A DNA stretch of 63,410 bases, filler included, from Dicyema japonicum (GCA_011109175.1; 6 parts of 6 records of this genome joined end to end with filler, not necessarily neighbours in it); one strand, 5' to 3'. Counted from the whole stretch's first letter, positions 1 through 13,513 are shown. A program made the numbers and translations. The notes: generated by a model from the sequence alone, not told the origin.

Positions 1-559
1 TAACCGAACCAAACTTCCATTTAAAATCAAGAGAACAATATCCCTCATTTTGAAAATTATTCTCACTCTTTAACTTGGTTTCATTAAAAATTAATAAATC
101 AACGGGATTGGTGGATAGGATATGCACAATCTCAGAACTCCTTCTCTTTAAGGATCGGGCGTTCACCGCAATGATAGTAAGAACAGACTTCATACTTGTA
201 GAACCTCTGCCTCTCCAAAAAAGAGGGCTAACAGGTTCCTGACGTCAAGTCCTTTTCAGCACAAATATGAACCTGTTTGTCATTAGCATTTATCAATTCC
301 AAGTCTGCAACTGGGCCTTCCATCAGATTAGGAGTACCGACAGTATTCCATTTGTTCATGTAATTTGTAACAACGTTTGTATTGTCAGAAGTTAGGTTAG
401 TTTCCATGGTCGACATTTTCGTGTCTATTTGGGTTGAAAATCATATTTATTGAATTTGTATATTTTCCCCAAACACTTTCAACAGTCTCAGCTTAAACCC
501 ACTTAACGGGTCGAAGCACCTTTTTAGTCATTGGATTTGAGTAATTCTGTAAACCTCAC

Positions 560-1260
560 ACAATTTTCTGATATAGCCGTTGTCTATAACTGACAACAAC
601 CAAGAAAAATGATCATTCTGACTTTCAAATCTACACAAATAACCTAATGATCGTCAAATTATTTCAGTGGCACTGCGAACTGGCAAACATTGCAGTCATT
701 TACCACTTGACGAATAATTGATCTTTTAATTCCGCAAAATCTCCCTCGACAAAGCGCATCCAAAGCATTATGTCCACAATGATTTGCCTGGTGATTTTCT
801 TGAGTAATATTTCTCATTTCTTCTGTGCTTGTTGATGTTATCACAAGCTTGTGTTGTCCGTCAACAGCTTTGAGATAAAGCTTTCTGTCAATAATTATAA
901 AATTTTCAGCTTTCTTTTTTAAGCGGTACTTCTTAAGTTTCGAAATATTTACGTCTTGATTTTCAATGATTGATTGTAGAAGTTGGTGCTTGTCATTATC
1001 TTTGATAAAAATCCTGCTATGGGCCATTAGGTTAACGTAACAAGTTTTTCTAGCATGGATTATTATTTTATATTCAATAAATAAGTTATGTAGACGAAAA
1101 TTGGCGAAAATTTTTCATAAAAATTATTAATAATTATTAAAAAATAATTATCTATAAAAAAGAAAAGGTACTTGTATTGATTATGTTTTAGTGACAGTTA
1201 TGATATCGGATGAAAACTGTATGACAGCCCTTGGCGCGGTAGCAGCTTCGGCGTACGACA
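560..1260 (-). mobile_element. Ginger/GIN-like (KRBA2/SCAND3-type) integrase remnant: N-terminus with HHCC zinc finger, truncated
   Basis: ORF 659-1027 contains H-x3-H...C-x2-C (NHQANHCGHN...VVNDCNVCQ). A possible TGT-starting terminus reads TGTCGTACG from 1260 on the minus strand. No integrase core follows. Confidence 0.6.
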
Positions 1261-1636
1261 TATTATCCAATTCATAATTTAAAAATGCTATGTTTTTTAA
1301 TTAATTGAGATTTACAACCTTATCGTAAACTTTATACATTAAAAGTACATAAAACAAAGATTTTGTACATTAAAGTACAAAGATTTTGATATATTCAGAC
1401 TTGAGGGCGTAGCGGATTCTTTATTATTGTGATCAGTACTAATTTTCACTTCAAGCATTTTACTATTGTTGTAATTGTTGTAACCAAGATATTGTTCGAC
1501 AGTGGGGAGGCACCTATCTTTAATTCCACAGTTTGAGGTGGTGATCAGTTCCTCGAATACGTTAGAGTAGAGAGTTTTATAGAAGTCAGATATCTGTCAA
1601 TAAAATAGTTAGTGTTAAAAGTTATTTTTTAAATTG

Positions 1637-2800
1637 TTAGTGTAATCCGAAAAGAGCTATTAGAAAACTGAATAAAAAAGCCACAGCTGCACTAGACTTG
1701 GGAGATACGGTGGATCTGTTCGATGTAATGTCCTCAGAACTCATGGTCGCTGCCTCTTCTGTAGTCATACTGGTAGTCGAAGTAGTGGTTTCTTAGATGA
1801 CACTATTTTAAACTTTTTTCAGTATTCGAATGAGATGCAGGTTCGGAGCCCTCACATTTAACCAAGGACTTCCATTTGCACGTGCTCGTTTTGACATCGA
1901 AGAGTTGACCATTTGCACAACTTTGAACGTTTCCTGTACTCCCAATTTGTGTACAATTCATGAATTTTGTACAGCCATCGAGCGGATAATAACCGATACT
2001 TTTGCAGATGCTACCTAAATTATATTCTTCTATAACTTGTATTAGTTACTGCTCCACCATAGTTGAGAGATACACTGGATTTGGTCGATCTTTTCTAATC
2101 CTTGATTTATACTAAAAATTACAATTCCAGGATAAATATTGTTTCCTTGTGGATTGCCCCAATCAGAGGATTTTTTCCATTGTGACAATCTTGTCCGGTA
2201 AAATTGTCGAAATCTAATGTCCACACAAATATTCCAGCTAATCCGTTGTATTTACATAATTTGCCTGAAATGTGAAATTTGAGCAACTTTTTCGTTAATG
2301 CTTTTGATGGTCTCGTATCCTAGCCAATAATAATCTTTTACTCCATGTGCCGCATTTTGGGTGTCGTCCCAAACATTTTTGTATCCTTCATTACAATACT
2401 AAATTTAATTAAATTATAAAACTTCGACATATGATAAAATCCAACTGCTGTGCAGAATATGCCCCTTTGGAGTTCTCCCAACTTTTACATCTCCAACACG
2501 TGCATTCTTTGTTTTAGTTTTAAATCCTAGAGCATACATAGGGATCCCGATAAGGATCTTGGACAGTGGAGTTCCTTGACTATGCTAAATCCTAGAGCAT
2601 ACATAAGGATCCCGATAAGGATCTTGGACAGTGGAGTTCCATGATTATGCCAATATCTCACAGCAAAGTCCTAAACTAAAGATTTAGATACTGTGCAGAA
2701 TTGGTCTTTCTCATTCAAGCAGTATAATCCACTATGATGACCAACCACATGTGAAAATTGACCATAAAAATTAAATGACGTTAATGTAATCAAGGTATCT
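1637..2800 (-). pseudogene. GH18 chitinase C-terminal half + CBM14 chitin-binding domain + Ser/Thr stalk + hydrophobic (GPI-like) C-terminus; degenerate
   Basis: Spliced translation gives RYLDYINV..., [62 protein letters not shown] and [27 protein letters not shown] (GH18 motifs). Then CKSIGYYPLDGCTKFMNC...QSCANGQLFDVKTSTCKWKSLVKC (six-Cys CBM14) and KTTTSTTSMTT...SSAAVAFLFSFLIALFGLH*. Introns are 21-24 nt. Several indels and a 66-bp duplication break the frame. Confidence 0.85.
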
Positions 2801-2809
2801 ATTTCGGCT

Positions 2810-3140
2810 CAATAAGCACAGTTACTTGAAAACACTTGGAATGTCGTAGCATCCCTTTCCACAAATGTAAAATGATCTTGGGTGTGACAATTGATATGCA
2901 TCTCTGTTTAACACCTCACGTAGAAAACATTATATTGAAATGCGAGAAGAAACTGAAGGTATTGAAAAGTATATCGGGAATATGGAAAAGTGGTACTCAC
3001 CCAGTCTTGATGAACTTATACAAACGATACATTGAGCCATGTTTCTCATATGCATTCTCCTCGTGGGGACCGTCCATATCCTGGACAAATATGAGAAAAA
3101 TTGAGGAAATGCAAAAAAGGGTTTACAGAGTAACGGAGAA
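2810..3140 (+). mobile_element. Non-LTR retrotransposon (I/Jockey-like) RT C-terminal fragment
   Basis: ILGVTIDMHLCLTPHVENIILKCEKKL..LK...LYKRYIEPCFSYAFSSWG matches the post-YADD region of LINE reverse transcriptases. Confidence 0.7.
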
Positions 3141-3540
3141 TTGGATTTGTGAAGATCACCGAACCGGACCTACGCTTCTGGATGCCCTTATGAGACTTGA
3201 TTCCAGATCACCGGAAGATGGCCTTGAAAATTCAGGCAGCCGTCCTGTACGTTCATACGCGGACACGAAGGAAGAACACCGGCAAAGATGAGGTCTCTGT
3301 TAGAATGCATTGGGATCAAGTGATAATTAGTTTGGTTTTACTGTGGTCATGGGTTAAATAAAATAGTTAGGATTGTACAACCGGTTCACGTTCACCCACC
3401 TTACATGTACTTATTTCTCAACATTTGACGAAAAGTAAGTTACTGGCTCAAGTTCAATTAACTCAATATATTACGTAAAATGACAAATCCCATTAGGCCT
3501 GTTTTGTGACCTGCTTTTTCATTTCTTTTGTAACTGCGTA

Positions 3541-4637
3541 CAGTGAAGTCCCTCTAATTGGCCAGCCCTTAAAGTCATGGCTAAAAATTCAAAAATGTGT
3601 TCAAAAAAGCCAATTTTCCTAAGAAATTGGTAACACTATTAAAATACATAAAATTTATTTTTACTAACCTTTTTCTCAATTATTTTATTAAAAAATTTCT
3701 AACTAAAATTTTTACTATGTGTTCGAAAGCTTCTCGTTGCAACTATACAAGGCTTAATATTTCAAATAAATAAAATAATCAGTTAATTTATCCCCAGTAA
3801 AGCATATTTAAAACTGCAATCCATCCAAAGTGGACCCCGCCGACATTATCGACGTTGCGTTGCCTCTCACGATTGCAACAGAGATCAACTGGAGTAGCCA
3901 CCGGGTCTCACGTGCGTAATTGTTTCCAAAAACTATAAATTTTGAGATATACGAGAATAATGCTACATCATGCCTAACAATCGCTCACAGATTTTCTGAT
4001 TTATATATTATTCGAATTTCACAAAAAACATTGAATAATATTCTTAATTCCCGAGAGTCCATATTAAAACATTTTTAATGATTGGTTAATAACAATTTTG
4101 TTATTAATGGACAATTGTCCTGCTCATTGTATAAATTCCAAATTGAAGATCATTCAAATATTATTTTTTCCTGAAAATAGTACAGGCTTCATACAACCTA
4201 TTGCGATCATTAAAACATTCAAAGTTCAATTTAATAGACATGAATTGTTTTATTTAACACAACTAACATTTCAGTTTATGAATCTTATAAAAAAGATGAA
4301 TTTGACAGACATGGTATCATAAATTGCACAAAAAAATCTAGATGATTCCAAATGATTGAGAAAATAATATTATTGAAATTTTTAGGAAAACTGCCATTTT
4401 GGTCCTTCTGGACAGAAATATTTCTTGACATTCAATGCTATAAAAATAAAGCGATAATTAATGAATACGACGAAATGGTGTTATCGGAGACTTTTGAAAA
4501 GGAAAAAACCATTAAGACGAAATGGTGAACTCTGAAAAAGAAGACAAAATAATTGTTGGAGGTAATTTTTTTCAAATTCCCAAATTGGCCACAAATAGTT
4601 CAGGAACAATTTTGTGTCAATTGAAGGGACCTTACTG
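3541..4637 (+). mobile_element. pogo/Tigger DNA transposon, internally deleted
   Basis: Imperfect TIRs CAGTGAAGTCCCTCTAATTG / reverse complement CAGTAAGGTCCCTTCAATTG, both flanked by TA. DDE_1 motif LLMDNCPAH...LFFPENSTGFIQP at 4098-4322. Confidence 0.8.
3821..3916 (-). mobile_element. CRE-like non-LTR 3' end nested in the Tigger element
   Basis: Translates to ARETRWLLQLISVAIVRGNATSIMSAG, the typical C-terminus (ISxAIxRGNAxSI) of CRE-clade ORFs. Confidence 0.65.
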
Positions 4638-4941
4638 TATTAAACTCGTGACTATGAAGTTACTAATATACAAGATATTTAAATCTCAATGTTCTATAAG
4701 AGTACAGTAGGTTGTATAGCAACGTGGTTTAAAATACTCTAATATCCTTCCCGATGTTATACGATTTATATTTTACGGAGACAAGCATAAATGTTGTCAT
4801 AGATGTAATGGAGTACCAACATAGACTCTCGTAAAGCAAACCAGCGACGCTAAGGTGCGAGTTTGTTTATCTTTCTGTAGGCTAATTATCAATAATTAAT
4901 ATAACAAATTAAACAACAAAACAACATGAAAAAGGGAATAA

Positions 4942-7900
4942 TTACTGTTTATCCTCAGTAGACTGTGTCTGTTCAATATTCTGTTCAACATCCATAGATT
5001 CAATAACGTCAGTAACACCACTCTCATCTACAATACAATCATACAACAACATGAAAGACTAAAGTTGACAATTCCAATAGAAGAGTCCACTCCCTTTACC
5101 ATAAATATATTCCCACCATGGGATATCTACAATACAACAACAAATCAACCTCCTTCACCATCACAAATTTATCAGCATTCACGTTTATATACTCACTCTA
5201 TCAATTACTTTACTCACAATAACCTGTTGGGGCACTACTCTTGCAGGGTTGTACAGATCCTCTCCCTTTTTCATCAATTCCTCCACTTTCTCTTCCACTG
5301 CTTGCACAAAGCCTACATTATTTAGGTCAAATAACTTCGTTTTTCAGATCTTTGCTTGCTATCATGTCCAGTTGTAGACTACAATAATGATAAGTCTCAC
5401 CGAATCTATTTTACGGCGTTTCAGACGTGAATGTATTCCACCCTGGACATTCTTTGTTGAACGACTCTTTTGACGAGTCTTCTTTTCTATTACCAGGGGG
5501 ATATACTGAAACTCTGAGGAGGGTTTTTCACATGATAAAGTAATTTCAGGCAACTAAAATATAAAAATGTTGTACATTGAATTGTTCATTAACCAAAATA
5601 ACAGCAGTGGGTGAGAATGCCATTGAAAGAGTGAGGGATAGGGGGAACCAATACCAAAATTGTTGAAACAGAAACATCCCGACAATTGCCTTAGTGTTTT
5701 CATGTCCGTCATCATTCTCAAGTTTAATAGTGACATTCCCACTTCCTGTGATATTACATAAGCATAAACCAGCATAAGCAATCCCCAACCCAATAAGTGC
5801 TCCAAACTTTGAGACTACACTTTCATGTTTACTGTTTATAGAGGACGTGAGTGCCTTTGTGAATAATTGCTGGAATAATGAATATGAAAACAAATTCAGT
5901 ATTGGCGCCAGTGCTTTGTATGAGGACAAAGGCAGTGGCAATGAAAGCCCCTTGTCTGACAAAAGATGAGTGATCATTCCATAGTGTCTTTAACGCACAA
6001 AAGGCATTTCTATCCCCAGAACCAGCAAAGGCAATGCCCAAAGCCATAGCTGAGCCATATCTGACATGTGGGTTGTAACTGTCCATTAGGGCACAAACCG
6101 TCTTGAGACACAAGGATGGATATCTAATAAACATAATAAAACAACCTGTATAATACAAATCCAATGGCAATGGCAGCTGATCGTCTAACATCATCATTAG
6201 CATCAGTGACAGTGTAATGAAGTAATTTACTCACAGCCCAATCATTACCAGTCCCACAGTACGACAATCCAATGCAATACATCCCACACCATCTCATTAT
6301 TGGGTTCTGTTGTCTCACAAATTTTCGAATATCATCAATAGACAATGACTTGCTACCATACATTAATAATGGTAAGGCAATGGCAATCCCCCTCAATGTC
6401 TTTTCATACTCATTAGATTCAGAGATCTCCAAATATTACATTATAATACTGATTTTAATGTTTTCATTATATGATAATCACTTGTCCCAATATGTACCAT
6501 CCCCAATGCTATGGCTGCTGCCTCTCCAACAATATCATCATGGTGGATTGGATTAAGCAGTGAATCGGTCAGTCCTAACAGTACTAATAACTACAATACC
6601 ATTATTTCTACTACCAAAGGCAGCCATTCCAATTCCCAAGGCAGCACCATGTCGTACAATCTACAATAACACAAACACTCACATTTGACTGGTCTTGAGT
6701 AAAGTGCTTACTTAAATATTCCACCACATCTCCACCTCTCCCAGTATTAATAATACCAAGAGCAAATAATCCCCCAGAAACTGCATAACGAGAATTATGC
6801 ACTGTATCCTTTGGCAGGTAGTTATCAAGCACTGTCATTGCATTCGATTCATTCCCCTACTATAAACTAAGGGTACCAACCTTGTGAATAACTCCAAGTG
6901 AGCCAGTAGCAATGAAACGTCCCCAATTGTTAAACTTTGACATAAAGTCTTTCATATGGCTACAATAACACAATCAATGTTTACCGAAAGAGGTAGTCAC
7001 ACGTGCAACCATAATTCATAAAACTATTGGCAACAACTATGGCTACATTGGAGACCTGTTCATTATATCGTCCCTTTGGTAACACAAACGACAGCACCTG
7101 TGTAAATTGTAATATGGTTTGCGACAAATCACGACTGTTGGCGATTAGGAATTGTAAATATAATTTATTAGGGCAAGATCCATCCAATATTCCACACAAA
7201 TCCTGAACTCTTTTTCTCACAACAGAATCCTCATCTGTGTTCCTGCAATATCAATGTAACAGTACTCTTTATTTTGTTGTATGAGTTGTATTATTTTATT
7301 ACAGGACAACTGCATTCCGTCTTGAATGTCAAATGCCAGCTGATATGCCATATGATAGTCCTATTTTATACATTTAATAGTACATCTGATGAACATAAAC
7401 TCAGTAAAACATGTACTATTTTCGCACAGTCGTTCAAATTTATTAAAATCTATATTAATAAATAAAATAATGTAGAATAAAAACGATTAAATTAATATAA
7501 ATTTAATTCATACTTTTAACAAAAAATAATAATTTTTGGTGGTAAAATCGCTCATTTTTTCAATGATCTTGTAGGCCACTTCGTCAAAGAATTCATTTCC
7601 AGGCTCATAAAAGCACAACAATCGTCTATAAACAGATTCCAGTTGGGTAAACTACAATAACCACGACCAATTACATCTTCCCCATACATTGAGATCACTG
7701 TGGTGGCCATGTCAACGTCCATACACTCACATGCCACTCCCAAGGCCTTAAGTAAGTCGTCACGTCAACCTGATCAAATCTATCATCTTTAAGACAGCGT
7801 ATGAATGTTCTAAAGACAATATCCTTAAGATCGTATGATTGCAAGGACATTCTCTTTCTAAAGCCAAACTCTGAATCGTCGGTAGATTTGTCCTCTTTCA

Positions 7901-8353
7901 AAAACAAAAGATTGTAAATCTCAATGCACTGTCCTGACACTGTGTCCGAATAAAGGGACTTTTCGTTCACATCAAAGAGTTCCTTAGCTAGGTAGGCGTA
8001 ATAGACAGAGTCCTCTATTGATTGTAGATGATAGTATATCTTGTGTAAGAAATAAAATAACCTTTGAGCAGACAAGGGCAGAGAGTTTGTTGTGTGGGAA
8101 ATCTGTAGAGTCGGCCAGTCTTTCACTGAAATATTTATAAGTCAAACAGTTCTGGAAGTGCCCCTGTCATTTCAAACCAATTAGTCTCTGTTAGGAAGTT
8201 TAGTTTTTCAATGGCGACCATCTGTTTGTATTAGTAAGTGACTAACCTTAATTTCGTTGTCATCTTCTTGTAGTAATGACAGGATAACTTCTATTAATGT
8301 AACATTTAGTTATATTGTTGTTATTATAAGTCCTAACCTGTTGATGAAGGCAT
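4942..8353 (-). CDS. PSMD1: 26S proteasome non-ATPase regulatory subunit 1 (Rpn2), multi-exon
   Basis: Splicing of GT-AG introns (mostly 22-25 nt) gives MPSSTEVILSLLQEDDNEIK...CSKIYYHL, PC repeats (GGLFALGII), LLHYTVTDANDDVRRSA, SYNPHVRYGSAMALGIAFAGSG, FVRQGAFIA and QFWYWFPLS, ending ...STEDKQ*. Confidence 0.95.
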
Positions 8354-8848
8354 ATCACTATAACACTTTGACACCTTTTAATAATTTAAAATATATTTTA
8401 CTATTAATTTTAATTGTTTCATTAATTTTAATAATTTTCTATTCACCACTGGGATCCACTTTCACCTTCACCTCTTTTAGGTACGCCACGCTAACTTTAC
8501 CTTTCCGTTGTTTAATGCTCAAACGAGTCCACTGAAGTTGAAATTGAAAACGGGGTAGAGTAAGCAGACTGAGAGTACGATAAAAACAAGGACATTATTA
8601 GATGGGTGTCATCCGCTCAAACAAAAAAATAACGCGAGAATGCTTTTAACTAAACTCTGAGATCAGGTAGCATCATGCTCAATGTTGTTGCTTGCATCGT
8701 TTAGATGTGAATTCGATTAATACACTGCCAAATACTCGGTCGACGGATTCCTATCTCCCTTATTCAATTCCTAAGAGGCGTCATATGATCCACCTTACAC
8801 CCAGTATTATATAAATTAAAGTGATATTTTTAAGTATAAATAAGTAAT

Positions 8849-9528
8849 CTAGTTATCTTTGACTTCAAACTCATCCCCATGTCCGGGTACAATAATATCC
8901 GCCATGTTTAATATTTTTTGTCTGTTTGATTTTTGTTGGTCAACATTAAAACTATTACTCTTCCATAATGCCTCATTCTCACTGTCCTCTCTACATTCAA
9001 ATATATCTCCTAACATAATAGAGAGAGAAAACCACTAAACACAACAGTCCCCTTAACAGTGTCCCTCAATACAACAGAAATATCATTAGAGACGTGTCCA
9101 GGAGTGGAAATGACTCTGACATATTTGCCAATGTTATATTCCTATCATAATTAATATTATAACATTTTTTAATGTTGTATCATATATATTATTACTACAG
9201 ACATCACTTGACACAATTATCGTTGAATTTACGAACAGTCCCAAGTTACCCACGTGGTCCAGATGACCATGAGTGCAAATACAATAGTCAATATCAGAAG
9301 GTTTTAGATTGTGCTTTTCAAGTTCTTAATAGTAGTTATTACATACCACTGAGAATGTGATCGCAGTCCCAGGGAGAACCAGTGTCCACTATAAATGTGT
9401 AGTCTGCCTGAATCAATGAAACTGTAGCTTTACATTTATATAAGTTTTCTTTATTTTATAAAATAAATACCCTTTATTAATTTGAGAGGCGTACCAATCT
9501 GTAACAGTGAATATTTTACGACACACAT
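8849..9528 (-). CDS. MBLAC1: Metallo-beta-lactamase domain-containing protein 1
   Basis: Spliced product has IVDTGSPWD, CTHGHLDHVGNL (HxHxDH), TPGHVSNDIS, GDIFE and IIVPGHG, with 22-23 nt introns. The first intron choice is ambiguous. Not recovered by the ORF track. Confidence 0.88.
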
Positions 9529-9599
9529 TAAATAAATGAAATGAAAAAATACACCTTAATAATATTAATTTAATTATTTATTTTTTATATAAATTAAAA

Positions 9600-10764
9600 T
9601 AATCTCAACAAGGAAAAGGTTCCATTGTGGAAGAAGAGCTATCCTGGGAGAAGTCCTCTTGATGGTCGTAGACAAATGGTTCTTTTTCGATAAATTTTAA
9701 GATTGTATATGCCGCCTCCAAAAATGGTGAACCACATGACGCACTTTTTACACATTTTACAAGATCGCCTTTTAAGAAAATGTTCCGGAACGCTGTCTGA
9801 AGGCCGGGAAAAAGTGCGAAGATTGTTGAGGGAAGCTGGGATCATCTATAATAATTTTGTATTTTATTTTGAGGTTATCACTAAACAAGTTTTGTTTAGA
9901 TTGACTAAACCGATATTCAGTGACAGAAATATATGAATACACTTATAGAGTTTTATTACCAAAAAAATATTATCAATATCGTGTCATCCATTGTCAGAAT
10001 AACTCGTTGATTATTGATAAATGAAGATATGCTAAGGGAATTTGGGAGAGATCTCGATAATTCTTTATTGTTGATATGGAGGGGGTATGGTATGTTCAAG
10101 TATTGAAAGTATTATTTACTTGCTTTCAACATCTTCACAACCATTGTGTAAAATTCAGAGGATACTTTAAAAACTTAATATTTTTTGACAAGAGGAGTCA
10201 AATTTATTNTATCACTAAACAAGTTTTGTTTAGATTGACTAAACCGATATTCAGTGACAGAAATATATGAATACACTTATAGAGTTTTATTACCAAGAAA
10301 ATATTATCAATATCGTGTCATCCATTGTCAGAATAACTCGTTGATTATTGATAAATGAAGATATGCTAAGGGAATTTGGGAGAGATCTCTATAATTCTTT
10401 ATTGTTGATATGGAGAGGGTATGGTATGTTCAAGTATTGAAAGTATTATTTACTTGCTTTCAACATCTTCACAACCATTGTGTAAAATTTAGAGGATACT
10501 TTAAAAACTTAATATTTTTTGACAAGAGGAGTCAAATTTATTGAAATCGGAATAAACTCAAAATCTAACCAGAAGGGAAAGTTGGTTGAAGCTGTTAATT
10601 TTTATTGCAAATATTTTATTGAAGTAAAAAAATAATATTTTTGATTAAAATGCTTATAAGCATTCCATCACAATGATTTATCGGTTATATTGTAAAATAT
10701 TGGCAGAAGAATTCTAAAAATGCGGAAGACGTACCTGACAGATTCAATAATTGTATTTCAGTAA
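9600..10764 (+). pseudogene. Unidentified intron-containing gene remnant with in-frame stops
   Basis: GT..AG micro-intron-like segments (gttctttttcgataaattttaag; gttatcactaaacaagttttgtttag) separate coding-like blocks. No family recognised. Part is duplicated by an assembly artefact. Confidence 0.3.
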
Positions 10765-10864
10765 NNNNNNNNNNNNNNNNNNNNNNNNNNNNNNNNNNNN
10801 NNNNNNNNTTAATTAATTAANNNNNNNNNNNNNNNNNNNNNNNNNNNNNNNNNNNNNNNNNNNN
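10765..10864. other. Artificial 100-nt scaffold linker N44-TTAATTAATTAA-N44 (also 33661, 46392, 54538, 60960)
   Basis: Five identical linkers carrying six-frame stop codons. Confidence 0.95.
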
Positions 10865-11029
10865 AAAAATTATGCAACTTTCAAACTACCCCAAAAACAG
10901 AGGTTTCCCCAAAAATAGAGGTTCCCCAATCCAGAAATCTGCCCCAAATGAGGTAATACTGTATTTATTTGATTAATCAGAACAATATAACCTTATATTA
11001 TGTAAGCTAGCTATACATATTGCTGCGGA

Positions 11030-11370
11030 TGGCTCTCCTCCTCTGAGAGGGTTTTCCCACCAATCATTCTTATCACCTTTCTCCACATTGAATCAGTCAC
11101 TTATCTTCCAGCATTCAATGGGATATCCTCACAAATACACATGCCAGGTCCACAAGTTGGTTTAAATCAGAGATGAAATTTTCATCTTAGACCTTAATTT
11201 TTTCTCATTCACCATACTTTAAAGGGATCTCTTCAACCAGTTTAATTCAATGAATGTCCTTGAGCTTCTTTGATAAATAGCCTATCCATATAATTCTGTA
11301 AGTTTTTGAGACAATTCCACTCAGTGTCATCCTTTTAATAATTTTCAATTCTTTAGTTATAATGGAAGTA
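11030..11370 (-). mobile_element. Degenerate 3' end of R4/Dong-like non-LTR element
   Basis: Shares gcca.gtccacaagttgg and a MTLSGIVSK segment (cf. LTWDGVVSK) with the copies at 38 kb and 40.4 kb. Confidence 0.4.
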
Positions 11371-11790
11371 AATTGTGATTCTTTCGGTTTCACTAATACT
11401 CCTGTAACATATGTTTTGGAGTGATAATTTTGACTTATAAGCCAGGACACACATATGGCCACGGGTACTTCTATACGACTATAATGAATAAATCGCATGT
11501 GGAATGAATGACACGTTAAAGAAACAACGAATATATTAATTTTAGTGTTCTAAATTTGTCGCCTTTTATAGATGGACTTACAGTTGATTTCAAAAAAGGA
11601 TTCTCATTTTCTGGGGGTCATAAAAAAGACTTTAACTAGAATATTTATTTTAAGAACTCTAAATAGCTAAAAAAAAAGAGAGCAAATCAAAACATCAATG
11701 TTGTCCCAGCTTCTAATTACTTGCGAATTTTCTTTGAATTATCAAGCAGCGATCCCACAGTTTCTTTACAGCCGTTTGTTTGATGTAAAG

Positions 11791-12986
11791 CAGGGTTTCC
11801 CAAAGTGGGCGATAAGAAATTCAAAGGGGACGCTTTTTGAAAAAATCGTTTATCGGGGCGATAATAAATTATTCGTAAAATTTATATTATAGATCTTTTT
11901 AATATAATAGAATTTCAGTATGGTGAACCTGTAATTTTAAATTGACACTAGCGTGATTTGCGGAGTATTTGTATTATTCAACAATGGAACAAGAGACACT
12001 AAATAAAAAAATTCGTCAATATAATATTCAATATTTAAAATACGGTTTCATCGTATCTCCTAATTGTGAAAGAAGACCTTTCTGTTTATTATGCTCAAAG
12101 TCAATTTCTAACGAGGCTATGAAGCCTTCTAGATCAAGTCAGCATTTACGAAGGNTCGACAATGGAACAAGAGACACTAAATAAAAAAATTCGTCAATAT
12201 AATATTCAATATTTAAAATACGGTTTCATCGTATCTCCTAATTGTGAAAGAAGACCTTTCTGTTTATTATGCTCAAAGTCATTTTCTAACGAGGCAATGA
12301 AGCCTTCTAGATCAAGTCAGCATTTACGAAGGGTTCTTATATTTCATTAAAATATAGGTCTATCCAAATAATTCCAACCAGCCGCTGACGTTTTTCCAAA
12401 AGTTTAGGGGGAAACAAAAAAATCAACGGAGCCTGGAGAAAATATTCATTATTGCTTGAATATGTACGTTTTGTCAAGAATAATCGAATTATGCAGGAAA
12501 TACTTTTTTGCTCGAATTTTGCTAATAGACCCCATTCAGAATGTAGATGACGTTGAATCTTGTCAAGACGAACCAATTATATTATTTTGAAATTAAACCC
12601 ACTTTCAAACACCGGGCGATTCAAGATTTTTGGTTACAAAAGATATTCCTGAAAAAATCCTATGTTATGGAAAAAATCAAAATTGTTTTTTATTGCTTTC
12701 CCTACTTCTTATTTGGTTGAGGGCGGCTTCATTATTGTATTACAGCTAATTACCAAAAGGAAAAACCGCTTGGGCATTGTTGAAAGAGGAGATCTACGAA
12801 TTAAGCTTACAAACACTAACCCAAATATTGAGAAACTTGTGTCTAACTTTTTGCAACATCATTGCTCACATTAATTATTAATTTTTTTATTTCCAACTCG
12901 TTACCATATGTAGGTTTCCCGGTGGGCGATATTTTTTAAAAGCTTGTTAGAGAAGGCGATGACTTGAATAAGTTTGGAAACCCCTG
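11791..12986 (+). mobile_element. hAT (Buster/Charlie) transposon, internally deleted
   Basis: TIRs CAGGGTTTCCCAAA / reverse complement CAGGGGTTTCCAAA. 8-bp TSD ATGTAAAG / ATGTAGAG with central TA. N-terminal RQYNIQYLKYGF...CLLC...NEAMKPS and C-terminal FPTSYLVEGGF...RGDLRIKLT. Confidence 0.9.
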
Positions 12987-13513
12987 ATGTAGAGGATCAC
13001 GGTTTTATATGGTGAATCGGGAAGGGGTCCTCATTGCATTCAAAATAGAAAACGGTGGAAGTATACTTAACAGAAAGACACACTGTCGTAGTTCGAAGTA
13101 TCCTTCTACTTTAGTGCAACAAGCGTGGGATAATACATTCCAAAAAATTACTGACTTATGTGCAGGATCTGCAGTTTTGAATCCATAAGGGTAAATATAG
13201 AAGCAAGATTTTAGTCACTGTACAACAAAATAAGACTGATCTGTACTTTATGTAAGTTATCGAAGGATATAGCTATCATAGAAGTAACCATTACTCACTA
13301 GGGCGTTTGCAGTACACTCCTATTATCCTTCGGGCAAGAATGTGGTGGATGTTCACGAAGATAATTTTTCAATTTGTTGTTCAAATGAGATCGTGATGAT
13401 TTCAATAAAAAAAGACCACCAACCCATTTCTTCGTCCGGCTAGATTTTTAAGAATTTAATTTAATTTTGATTAATTAATTATTTATAATAAAAAATTTAA
13501 ATTACAATTTTAC

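Noticed and set aside
4942-8353. Alternative genetic code to explain fragmented ORFs
   Set aside because: In the regions traced, micro-intron removal restores the frame under the standard code
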